From Caldisericota bacterium (lineage in GTDB: Bacteria; Caldisericota; Caldisericia; B22-G15): a stretch of 60,901 bases of DNA. Shown one piece after another: positions 17,783 to 26,674 of the stretch. The DNA lies in contig JAKPCM010000072.1 of assembly GCA_029553255.1 (NCBI GenBank), positions 1 to 60,901 on the forward strand, read 5' to 3'. Under the pieces are notes generated by a model. That model had not been told where the DNA came from, made no database searches, and saw nothing but the letters and a program-made list of their open reading frames with translations. A program made the translations under genes and the position numbers. Position 1 is the stretch's first letter; each line of letters opens with the position of its first letter.

Positions 17783-18779
17783 TTTTCATCATCTCCTTTA
17801 ATTTTTTTATTATTTCAACATCTTTTGGATTGAAACCTCTAATTTTAGAAAATTCTATTGATATTAAATCAATTTTAAAAATCAAAGAAAAAATTCTTGC
17901 AAGCTTTGATGAATTAAAAATTGGATAAATCTCTTTAACTTTATATCCATAATCTGTCAAAATTTTCCTTGTTATATCAAATCTCTTTTTTATTTTTTCA
18001 TCTTCAAAATGGTCTCTTAATAAAATTATATATAAGATATTTTTCAATTTTTTATCCATAAATCCAACAATTTCATCATGATGGAGATTTGGAACTATAT
18101 TTGAATGTGCTAATATTTTTCCATTTTCATTCAATTGTCTTCTAAATCTCTCTGCAATTGAATCTGAAAAGCTTGAAGAACCGTAAATAACAGGTATTCT
18201 GTCGATCATATTATTGACAATTTCATCTAATTCACTATCATTTTTCTCTCTCTCAATTTTTAAAATTTTTATAACTTCATCTACATCATTCGAAAAATCT
18301 AATTTTAAAAACTTTTCTAAGACAAGGATTATTGAAAAGAATATTATATGTAAGGCTTGTCTTGCTTCATAACCCTTTTTTAATTTTATAAAAGGTAAAT
18401 TTTTTTCATTTGAAATTTCTTCTAATTTTCCATTTGAAGAAAAAATTATAATCTTATTAGTTTTTTTAATTGATTTTTCAAGTGATGATATTGTCTCTTC
18501 TGTCTCACCTGAATAAGAACAAGCTATAACAAATGTATCTTTATCAATAAACTGTGGGATTTCATAACTTTGATATATGAAAATAGGATATAGTGATTTA
18601 TCAAAAAGATAGGTAGAGATAATATCAAAAGCAGCTCTTGAACCTCCACCTGTACCAAGAAAAACTATTTTATTAAACTTGAAATCTGGGGCTTTATATT
18701 CTTTTAAATAATTTTTTATCTCCTCAATATCTTCAGGAACATTATAAATTGATTCAAACATTATTTGATATTCATCCAT
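17775..18779 (-). CDS. SIS-domain bifunctional phosphoglucose/phosphomannose isomerase-type protein
   Basis: FLGTGGGSRAA, ACSYSGETEET and PNLHHDEIVG motifs. 334 aa. Confidence 0.65.
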   Translation of the reverse strand: MDEYQIMFESIYNVPEDIEEIKNYLKEYKAPDFKFNKIVFLGTGGGSRAAFDIISTYLFDKSLYPIFIYQSYEIPQFIDKDTFVIACSYSGETEETISSLEKSIKKTNKIIIFSSNGKLEEISNEKNLPFIKLKKGYEARQALHIIFFSIILVLEKFLKLDFSNDVDEVIKILKIEREKNDSELDEIVNNMIDRIPVIYGSSSFSDSIAERFRRQLNENGKILAHSNIVPNLHHDEIVGFMDKKLKNILYIILLRDHFEDEKIKKRFDITRKILTDYGYKVKEIYPIFNSSKLARIFSLIFKIDLISIEFSKIRGFNPKDVEIIKKLKEMMKNE

Positions 18780-18791
18780 AATTCCTCCATT

Positions 18792-19532
18792 TTATAAATA
18801 AACAGCATCAACATTTGTGTGAATGTGTAATGGAGTTAAAATTTTTACTACTTCAGCATAATTTGCTCCTATTTTTTTTCCATATTCTCCATTTTTATAA
18901 GTTAAATAGGTTTTTATTTTCATAAAATTTTCGTCATCAAATTGCGATTTATGTTTTTTTATAGCTTCAATTTTAAAATCAAAGGTATCTGATATATCTA
19001 TAAAACAATTTGGATATTGTGTTATATAGTAAGCTATTGCTTTTACAAAATGTGGAGGGTAATTTTTATATATTAAAGGCATTGGTGAAAAGAAAAAAGC
19101 TTCACTTACAGATTCACCAACTATCTTATGATCTGGATGAACTTCATATAATAAGAATGGATCAACAGTAAAGACACAATCGGGTTTTAACTCTCTAATT
19201 AGTTTTATAAATTTTTCAACAAGAATTTTTTTATCTGGTAAATCATAGTCAGGAAAATCTAAAAAAATTGTATCCTTAACTCCAAGAATAAAAGAGGAAT
19301 TTAATCTCTCCTCTCTTCTTTTCTGTCTTACACTATCTTCATTTTCGTATGGATTGTATGTTCCTTTGCTTCCATCTGTTACTGTAACCAAAATGATCTC
19401 TTTTTTCATATTAGAGAGTTTTTTTATTAAACCTCCTATAAAAATATCAGCATCATCTGAGTGTGGTTCAAAAATCAAATATCTATTAAAAGTAAAAATA
19501 TCGGGAATCTTTGATAATTCATCTATTTGCAT
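18792..19532 (-). CDS. PIG-L/LmbE-family N-deacetylase
   Basis: EPHSDDADI ... HPDH metal-binding motifs. 246 aa. GGAGG SD. Confidence 0.8.
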   Translation of the reverse strand: MQIDELSKIPDIFTFNRYLIFEPHSDDADIFIGGLIKKLSNMKKEIILVTVTDGSKGTYNPYENEDSVRQKRREERLNSSFILGVKDTIFLDFPDYDLPDKKILVEKFIKLIRELKPDCVFTVDPFLLYEVHPDHKIVGESVSEAFFFSPMPLIYKNYPPHFVKAIAYYITQYPNCFIDISDTFDFKIEAIKKHKSQFDDENFMKIKTYLTYKNGEYGKKIGANYAEVVKILTPLHIHTNVDAVYL

Positions 19533-19631
19533 AAAAACCTCCTATTATTTATCTTATTAAAATTTTATCTTTTTAGCATTAAAAGTTCAATAATTATTAT
19601 GATTAAAGTAAAAATATCCTATAATTTAATT

Positions 19632-21356
19632 ATGAGAAATAAAGAGGTTAGTGAAAAACTTTATGAGTTAGCATCATATCTTGAAATTCTTGGTGAAATG
19701 AAATTTAAGATAAATGCTTATATTGAAGCAGCAAGAAGAATAGAGAATTTGACTGTTCCTATTGAAGAGCTTGCAAAAGAAGGAAAATTAACTGAGATTA
19801 AAGGAATTGGTGAAGGAATTGCTAAAAAAATTGTTCAATATCTTGAAACTGGAAAAATAGATAAACTTGAAGAGGTAAAAAAACAAATACCTGAAACCCT
19901 AATTGAACTTTTAAATGTTCCTGGAGTTGGACCAAAAGGAGCATATACTCTCTATAATAAACTTGGAATTAAAAATATAGAAGATTTAAAAAAAGCAGCA
20001 ATTGAAGGAAAAATTAGGGAATTAGACGGCTTTGGCCCAAAAAAAGAGGAGAATATTCTTAAAGCTCTTCAACATGCACAAAAGAAAGAGGTAAGAAGAA
20101 TCAATCTTGGAATAGCATTGCCGATTGCAGAATATGTAAAAGAGAGTTTAATAAAAGGAGCACCAATTGATAAAATAGAAATTTGCGGAAGTATCAGAAG
20201 AATGAAAGAAACTATTGGAGATATTGATATACTTGTGACAAGTAATAATTCAAATCAAGTAATGGATTTCTTTACAAATATGAAAATTGTTAAAGAGGCT
20301 ATAAATAAAGGTGATACAAAATCAACAATAATTACTCCAGAGGGTATACAGATTGATGTTAGAGTAGTTGAACCAATTTCATTTGGTGCAGCAGTTCAAT
20401 ATTTCACAGGTTCAAAAGAACATAATGTGAAAATAAGAGAACTTGCTATTAAAAAGGGCTTAAAAGTTAATGAGTATGGAGTGTTTAAAATTGATAAAGA
20501 TGAAAGAGTTTGTGGAGAAAAAGAGGAAGAGGTATATAATATTTTAGGTTTGCCACTCATTCCCCCAGAAATGAGAGAAGATAGGGGTGAAATTGAACTT
20601 GCACTTGAAAATAAACTTCCTAAAATTATTGATATTAAAGATATTAAAGGTGATACACATGTTCATACAAAATACTCTGATGGTGAAAATACCATTTATG
20701 AAATGGCAAAAAAATCTATTGAGTTAGGATACGAGTATTTAGTTATTGCTGATCATGCAAAAGCACTTGGAGTTGCTTCTGGTTTATCAATAGAAAAATA
20801 TAAAGAGCAAAAAAGAGAAATAGATAGATTAAATGATGAAATCGGTGATAAATTCAGAATATTTTTGGGTTGTGAATTGAATATTCTTTCAGATGGAAGT
20901 GTCGATTTTGAAGAAAAAGAGCTCTCAATTTTTGATATATGTCTTGCTGGAATTCATACTGGATTCAATCAAGATAAAAAGAAAATAACCGAAAGAATTA
21001 AAAAAGCCATGAACATAAAAAAAATAAAAATAATAACTCATCCAACTGGTAGACTTCTTGGTTCAAGGGATGAATATGAAGTCGATTTAGATGAAATTTT
21101 CAAAGAAGCCAAAAATAATGGAACAATCCTTGAAATAAATGCTAATCCAGAAAGATTAGATTTGAATGATTTAAACTCTATGCATGGAAAAGAGTTATAT
21201 AATTTAAAATTCTCAATCGGCACAGATGCTCACTCAATAAATGGTCTTTCTGATATGAGATATGGAGTAGGAGTTGCAAGAAGAGGTTGGTTAACTAAAA
21301 AAGATGTAATAAATACTCTCTCTTTAAAAGAGTTTGAAAAATTTATAAAAAGCTAA
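19632..21356 (+). CDS. polX: Family X DNA polymerase with C-terminal PHP domain
   Basis: Start set at MRNKEVSEKLYELASYLEILGEMKFKINAY (ATG 19632). HhH GIGEGIAKKI / GVGPKGA. Catalytic GSIRR..ETIGDIDIL. PHP HVHT...DH. Confidence 0.9.
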   Translation: MRNKEVSEKLYELASYLEILGEMKFKINAYIEAARRIENLTVPIEELAKEGKLTEIKGIGEGIAKKIVQYLETGKIDKLEEVKKQIPETLIELLNVPGVGPKGAYTLYNKLGIKNIEDLKKAAIEGKIRELDGFGPKKEENILKALQHAQKKEVRRINLGIALPIAEYVKESLIKGAPIDKIEICGSIRRMKETIGDIDILVTSNNSNQVMDFFTNMKIVKEAINKGDTKSTIITPEGIQIDVRVVEPISFGAAVQYFTGSKEHNVKIRELAIKKGLKVNEYGVFKIDKDERVCGEKEEEVYNILGLPLIPPEMREDRGEIELALENKLPKIIDIKDIKGDTHVHTKYSDGENTIYEMAKKSIELGYEYLVIADHAKALGVASGLSIEKYKEQKREIDRLNDEIGDKFRIFLGCELNILSDGSVDFEEKELSIFDICLAGIHTGFNQDKKKITERIKKAMNIKKIKIITHPTGRLLGSRDEYEVDLDEIFKEAKNNGTILEINANPERLDLNDLNSMHGKELYNLKFSIGTDAHSINGLSDMRYGVGVARRGWLTKKDVINTLSLKEFEKFIKS

Positions 21357-22189
21357 TCTCTTTGAGCTATCAAAGAAGATAAAAATATTAAAATCATACC
21401 AATATAATTGATAATTTTATAAATTGGACCAAGAAAAATAACTTCTAAAAGATTCGCAAATATCGGTTCTGTAGAAAAAATAAATGCAGTTTTAATTGTA
21501 TTTTCCTTCGTCTGATGTTTAATTTGTATATAAAAAGGAAATATTGTCGCAAAAATAGCAACAATAAAAGAGCCTAATAACGAATTTTTTGGAATGGGTA
21601 ATATAGTTTTATTTGTTAACAATATTGATATGGATGAGAAAAGATACACAACCCAAAATTGAACAAAAAGAGAAGCAAGGGATTCTTCACTCAATGAAAA
21701 ATGACCAATAAATGATATATGCAATGCCCAGAAAATTGCACAAATAAAAGTTAAAATATCACCAATATTTATCTTTTGAAAGTCTCCACCAAAAAGAAAA
21801 TATAATCCAATTAAGCATAATATTATCGCAAAAAATGTTTGAATTTTAATTTTAGTTTTTGAAATAAAGAAATTAAAGAAGGGTGTTATTATGATTGAAA
21901 TTGATGTGATAAATGCACTATTTGAAGGAGATGTATATTTTAAACCGATTGTTTGAAATAGGTATGCAAAAAAAAGAAAAAAACCAAGAGTAAAGCCCTT
22001 TAAAAAAACATTTTTTGTGATTTTTACTTTAAAATAATATATTAAAGGAATAAGAAAGATTATTGAAAATAAAAATCTTATAAATATAAAAGAAAGTGGG
22101 TCATAATTTGATACACCATTTTTAACTATAATAAATGTCCATCCCCATAAAAAAGGCGGTAAAAATAAAATGAGATCCTCTTTATCCAT
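21353..22189 (-). CDS. EamA/DMT-family transporter
   Basis: 278 aa. 10 predicted TM helices arranged as two EamA-like halves. Confidence 0.7.
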   Translation of the reverse strand: MDKEDLILFLPPFLWGWTFIIVKNGVSNYDPLSFIFIRFLFSIIFLIPLIYYFKVKITKNVFLKGFTLGFFLFFAYLFQTIGLKYTSPSNSAFITSISIIITPFFNFFISKTKIKIQTFFAIILCLIGLYFLFGGDFQKINIGDILTFICAIFWALHISFIGHFSLSEESLASLFVQFWVVYLFSSISILLTNKTILPIPKNSLLGSFIVAIFATIFPFYIQIKHQTKENTIKTAFIFSTEPIFANLLEVIFLGPIYKIINYIGMILIFLSSLIAQRD

Positions 22190-22292
22190 ATTTATTTATT
22201 ATATCATCAATATAAAGATTTAGGCTTAGATTTTAATACATTAGTGAACAAGTTGCCTGACCCCCCTGTATACTAAAATCAGCAATTAAATT

Positions 22293-22322
22293 TTGACCAA
22301 TTATCTTTTTTTAATGTATAAT
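22293..22322 (+). promoter_or_regulatory. Candidate sigma-70 promoter of the PAP2 gene
   Basis: -35 TTGACC (22293-22298), 18-nt spacer, -10 TATAAT (22317-22322). ATG 20 nt downstream with no SD. Confidence 0.45.
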
Positions 22323-22342
22323 TACAAAATTGGTAAATTTTG

Positions 22343-23170
22343 ATGAGTGATGTATTTTTTGGTTACTCAATTTTAAATTATTTTGTCAGTATTAGAAGCG
22401 ATTTTTTAAATAATTTATTTATAATAATAACAGATTTAGGAAGTATGCAATTATATTTAATTTTATTTTCTTTTTTCTTTCTAATTTTTGAAGATAGAAT
22501 AACATTAAAGCTTCTCACTCTATTAATAATTTCATATCTAACAAACAGTATATTAAAAAACATCTTTAAATTTCCAAGACCTGATGAAAAAATAGTAAAA
22601 CCAATTTATACAGAATCAGGAGGTGGTTATGGTTTTCCAAGTGGTCATTCTCAAAATTCAACTGTTTTATGGATAGGATTATATTTAACCTTTAGAAAAA
22701 ATTATTTAATGATAATTTCTATTGTTTTAATAACATTAATATCGATATCAAGATTATATCTCGGCTTACATTTTTTATTTGATGTTGTTGGAGGAATATT
22801 TATAGGATTACTTATACTTCTGTTTTGTTTTAAATATATGGATAAATTTATTGAGAAACTCTTATCATTAAACTTTGGAATAATTTTAATAGTTTCAATT
22901 ATTCTTTTACTGAGTTCTTTTTTTATTAAAGAGTTCTCACTTATATTAAATTCATTTTCTGGAATATTAATTGGAGTAAATTTAAGCAAAAATTTTAATT
23001 ATGTAAAATTAGATTTTAAAAAGGTTTTATATAGAATTTTTATTTGTTATTCAATATTTTTTTGTTTGATATTTTTAATAAAAATAACTAATCTCAATTT
23101 TATCTATTTCTTTATAGGATTATGGATTACCTATTTTTCAAGACTAATATTTAGAAAAATAGGTATTTAG
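22343..23170 (+). CDS. PAP2-family membrane phosphatase
   Basis: KxxxxxxRP (KNIFKFPRPD), PSGHS and SRLYLGLHFLFD motifs, plus an extra C-terminal TM region. The first ATG is at 22343; the ORF track starts at TTG 22340. Confidence 0.8.
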   Translation: MSDVFFGYSILNYFVSIRSDFLNNLFIIITDLGSMQLYLILFSFFFLIFEDRITLKLLTLLIISYLTNSILKNIFKFPRPDEKIVKPIYTESGGGYGFPSGHSQNSTVLWIGLYLTFRKNYLMIISIVLITLISISRLYLGLHFLFDVVGGIFIGLLILLFCFKYMDKFIEKLLSLNFGIILIVSIILLLSSFFIKEFSLILNSFSGILIGVNLSKNFNYVKLDFKKVLYRIFICYSIFFCLIFLIKITNLNFIYFFIGLWITYFSRLIFRKIGI

Positions 23171-23171
23171 A

Positions 23172-24032
23172 TTATTTAATTAATCCCGGATAGAAAAATT
23201 CTTTACCTTTTTCTCTTTTAATTGAATCCCAGTGAGATAAAATTTTCACTGCATAATTAGCAACTGTTATAGCTTTTTCCTCTCCTATATATTGAAATTC
23301 ATTTGTTACTCTATTGGCAATTACAACGCATAAAGCTCCGGCTCTTAATTTATATAGAGATGTTATTGTAAAAAGAGCAGCACACTCCATTTCAAAATTC
23401 ATAACATTTGCTATCTGTAAATCATTAAAAATTTCTTTTGCAAAAGATGGAAGATAATCATTTAAGCCTGGTCTTCCTTGTCCAGTGTAAAAGGAATCTG
23501 TTGAAGCACCAATACCAACATGGTATTTATAACCAAGCTCTTCACAGGCTTCTATAAGAGCTAATGTCACTTCAAATGATGCAACTGCTGGATATTCAAC
23601 TTTAACATATTGGTTTGAAGTACCATCAAGTCTTACTGCACCATTTATGATTACTATGTCACCAAGAGATATATCTTTTTGAATTGAACCTGTTGTCCCT
23701 ACTCTTATAAAAGTATTAACTCCTATTCTTGCAGCCTCCTCAATTGCAATTGCAAGAGAAGGACCTCCAATACCTGTTGATAGAGCAGATATATCGACAC
23801 CTTTAAATTTACCAGTAGCTGATTTATATTCTCTATGAAAAGATAAAATTTTTCCTTCATCCCATGTTTTTAAAATTCTATCAACTCTTCCTGGATCACC
23901 AGGAGTTAAAAGATAAGGAGAGAGATCGCCTGGTTTTAAATCTATGTGATATTGTTTTCCTTCGCTTGTCTCAGGTCTATCTGCACTTTTAAATCTTTCC
24001 TCCAAAGTACACCTCCTTAAAAAGTTTTTCAA
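23172..24032 (-). CDS. Uridine/nucleoside phosphorylase (PNP_UDP_1 family)
   Basis: STGIGGPSLAIAIEE, RVGTTGS and FEMECAAL motifs. The 5' end overlaps the upstream gene by 44 nt, so the start is uncertain. Confidence 0.75.
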   Translation of the reverse strand: MKNFLRRCTLEERFKSADRPETSEGKQYHIDLKPGDLSPYLLTPGDPGRVDRILKTWDEGKILSFHREYKSATGKFKGVDISALSTGIGGPSLAIAIEEAARIGVNTFIRVGTTGSIQKDISLGDIVIINGAVRLDGTSNQYVKVEYPAVASFEVTLALIEACEELGYKYHVGIGASTDSFYTGQGRPGLNDYLPSFAKEIFNDLQIANVMNFEMECAALFTITSLYKLRAGALCVVIANRVTNEFQYIGEEKAITVANYAVKILSHWDSIKREKGKEFFYPGLIK

Positions 24033-25479
24033 CTATTTTTTTATAGTTTTTAAAAGTCTCATTGTAAACTTTCTCATCAATATCTATATTTGAATATCTT
24101 GCAATTATAAAATTATCAGTTATCAATTCAAATTCATTACCTAAAGATGGTTTTTCTTGTTTTAATTTTAAATTGTATTCTAAAGGAGTTTCGTATATAA
24201 ATTTTTTAATAACTGTACTTAGTTTTTTGATTAGATTGTTGTATAATATAATAATTTTTTCTTTTGGAGAGCCACTTATTTCATTTAATTTCATATCATC
24301 TACATTTAAATTTTCTAAGGTTTTATTAAGTTCAATTTTTCTCTTATCAGATATCTGTTTGTATAAAAAGAAAACAATAAAATAGATAGCTATTGATACT
24401 ATAATAATAAATAAAACTACTATTAAAATAGCTCCAATATCAATATAGATATTCGAAATCTTGGTTAAAGCAGTCTGTGGTAAAATTCTCTTAATTGTGC
24501 TTGATATTCTCGCAAATGGAGCAAATCCATAAGTACCAATATTGAATTTACCCTTTAAATAAAATATTAATTTCTCAAAAGGTTTATATAAGAAATATAG
24601 AGAAAATAAAAAAATAGTAGATAGGGAAAAAGATAGTAAAAGAAATTTTTTTGCTTTTGTATTACCATAAACATTTTTTATTTTTCTATAGAGAATTATT
24701 CCTGCTAATATGAAAAAAACTAAAAAGCCTAAAAAAATTATTAGATAAGTTGAATTTAATAAAAAATTAACAACCTTTTGAGTATTTGCTTTAATCGCGA
24801 ATAAATATCTTGAGATTATTGTTTGAGAAGATTCAGGTACTGTCTCTTCTATTATCTCTTGGGTATTGTTAATAGTAGTGTTATTGTTAAATATAAAAAG
24901 TTTATTGAAGTCATAGAAATTGATAAAGGTGACAAAATAAAATACTGGGAAAAAAATTAGAGATAAAAGCAGATATTTAAAACTTTTTTTGTACGGATTT
25001 CCTTTTATAGAAAAATCATTTTCCCAAAAATAGAAACCTTTATTATTTAGAAATCTTAAAAAAATAGTTACAACAATTAAGAAAGTAGAACTTATCATTA
25101 AAAACAAATTCATTCCTATTAATTTTTCAAATAGAATTAAATAAAAAATTAAAATCGGAATAGAGATAAAGACAACAAAATTTTTTTCAATAAAATTTAA
25201 AAAAATGATATATAAAAAAATAAAGGATAGATTTTCAATAAAAATTACAAAAGTTGTTGGATTATTAAAATAAAAAATAAAAGTAGTTGATAATATAAAC
25301 AATAAAATTGGAACTAAGATTTTGTTTTTTCTATTAAATAATAGAATTAGACTGAATAAAGGTATTAAATATAAAATTTTTAAGTCAGGCATAAAAATAT
25401 TTATATGCAAGTAAATTGCAGTTAAAAAAATCATTAAATTACTTAATTTATATAAAAATAAAATTTTTGATCGACTCAT
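23989..25479 (-). CDS. Polytopic membrane protein with C-terminal DUF4129-like domain
   Basis: 496 aa, about 10 TM segments. C-terminal ...ETPLEYNLKLKQ...FIIARYSNIDIDE fits the DUF4129 pattern. No cysteine in the whole protein. Confidence 0.55.
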   Translation of the reverse strand: MSRSKILFLYKLSNLMIFLTAIYLHINIFMPDLKILYLIPLFSLILLFNRKNKILVPILLFILSTTFIFYFNNPTTFVIFIENLSFIFLYIIFLNFIEKNFVVFISIPILIFYLILFEKLIGMNLFLMISSTFLIVVTIFLRFLNNKGFYFWENDFSIKGNPYKKSFKYLLLSLIFFPVFYFVTFINFYDFNKLFIFNNNTTINNTQEIIEETVPESSQTIISRYLFAIKANTQKVVNFLLNSTYLIIFLGFLVFFILAGIILYRKIKNVYGNTKAKKFLLLSFSLSTIFLFSLYFLYKPFEKLIFYLKGKFNIGTYGFAPFARISSTIKRILPQTALTKISNIYIDIGAILIVVLFIIIVSIAIYFIVFFLYKQISDKRKIELNKTLENLNVDDMKLNEISGSPKEKIIILYNNLIKKLSTVIKKFIYETPLEYNLKLKQEKPSLGNEFELITDNFIIARYSNIDIDEKVYNETFKNYKKIVEKLFKEVYFGGKI

Positions 25480-26674
25480 TTCCTCTTAATATTATAATAC
25501 TAATACCATATTTTTTTAAACTATCTTTAATATTTCTTATATTTTCAACTTCCTTTGTTTCAGAAAGAATGTATGGGTGTGGCTTTTCCCATGGAAATAA
25601 AAAACCATAATCTGGAAGAAGAAATATTGTGTAATTAGTGTTATAAGATTTTATTTTAATAAGGTTTAGCAACTCATCTATGGATATTGTCTGTTTTAAA
25701 AGAAGAATATTGTTTAGGTCTTTTAATTCTTTCCTATTATTTTGAAAATATTCATTAAAATCATACTCTTCTTCTTGATTGATATTGGTAACTTCAGAAA
25801 GAATTTTTAAGAGATGACCCTTTCCATTATTTTCCTTAATTTTTTCTTTTCCAATTATCCATAAACCATAGTTAAATCTATTTAATTCAAAATAATATGA
25901 AAAAGATGATACTAAAGTTGAGATGTGCTCTATAAATATCTCTTGATTTCTTGGATTTTTTGATGCAAATGCATCTACAATCATTGTTATTGAAGTTATT
26001 GCCGTTGAAGGATATTCTCTTATCATTAATTTTCCTAAATGTGCAGAAATTTTCCAGTCAATTCTTTTCAATTCTTCTGTACCTGTATATTTTGAAAAAC
26101 CTTTAATAGAAGTAAAATCTTCAAATATTTTTTCTTTAACTTTTAAACCAAATGATGGCTCTTTGAGTTTTATTATGGATTTTTCTATTCTTATGATCTT
26201 TGGAAAAACATTGACTTCGATATTTAGGTTTATATATTTCTCTTTTTGAACTAGACCAAGTGGATCTAAAATTTTAATCTTAAAATTTCCAATATAATAC
26301 TTACCAAATTTTTTTGTTCTTAGAATAAAAGAATGTTCATAATTTAAATCTTTTTTTACTTCAACTACTGTATTTTTTTTATCAATTGGAATAAAGTAAA
26401 TAGGTAAATCTGGTATTATTTCACAAATAGGGGGGAAGTTATAGTTAAATTTAAAAAAATATGTAATTTTAATATTTTCACCTTCTATAATCATTTCAGG
26501 AGTGATTTTTACTTTGTAATCTAAATAATCATCTTTTATTTTTAAAATAATATTGAAAATTATTATGTATAAAAGAAAAAAGGATGAAATTGAAATTATT
26601 AAATATGAATGTATAAAATATCCAAAAAAGATTAAAATTATAAATAATATCTCTTTTTTATGCTTTCTTATCAA
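25448..26674 (-). CDS. DUF58-domain protein (MoxR partner)
   Basis: Two N-terminal TMs. RIDWKISAHLGKLMIREY signature. Confidence 0.8.
   Translation of the reverse strand: MIRKHKKEILFIILIFFGYFIHSYLIISISSFFLLYIIIFNIILKIKDDYLDYKVKITPEMIIEGENIKITYFFKFNYNFPPICEIIPDLPIYFIPIDKKNTVVEVKKDLNYEHSFILRTKKFGKYYIGNFKIKILDPLGLVQKEKYINLNIEVNVFPKIIRIEKSIIKLKEPSFGLKVKEKIFEDFTSIKGFSKYTGTEELKRIDWKISAHLGKLMIREYPSTAITSITMIVDAFASKNPRNQEIFIEHISTLVSSFSYYFELNRFNYGLWIIGKEKIKENNGKGHLLKILSEVTNINQEEEYDFNEYFQNNRKELKDLNNILLLKQTISIDELLNLIKIKSYNTNYTIFLLPDYGFLFPWEKPHPYILSETKEVENIRNIKDSLKKYGISIIILRGNESIKNFIFI

Noticed and set aside
19527-19631. 35-aa N-terminal extension of the polX ORF
   Set aside because: It is hydrophobic and low-complexity, overlaps the divergent PIG-L start and has no SD. 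The conserved PolX N-terminus begins at 19632.
22251-22288. C-run (CCCCCC) and an imperfect hairpin TTGCcTGA...TCAGCAA in the EamA/PAP2 intergenic region
   Set aside because: The stem is 7 bp with a bulge and a 21-nt loop, and there is no U-tract. That is too weak to call a terminator or riboswitch.
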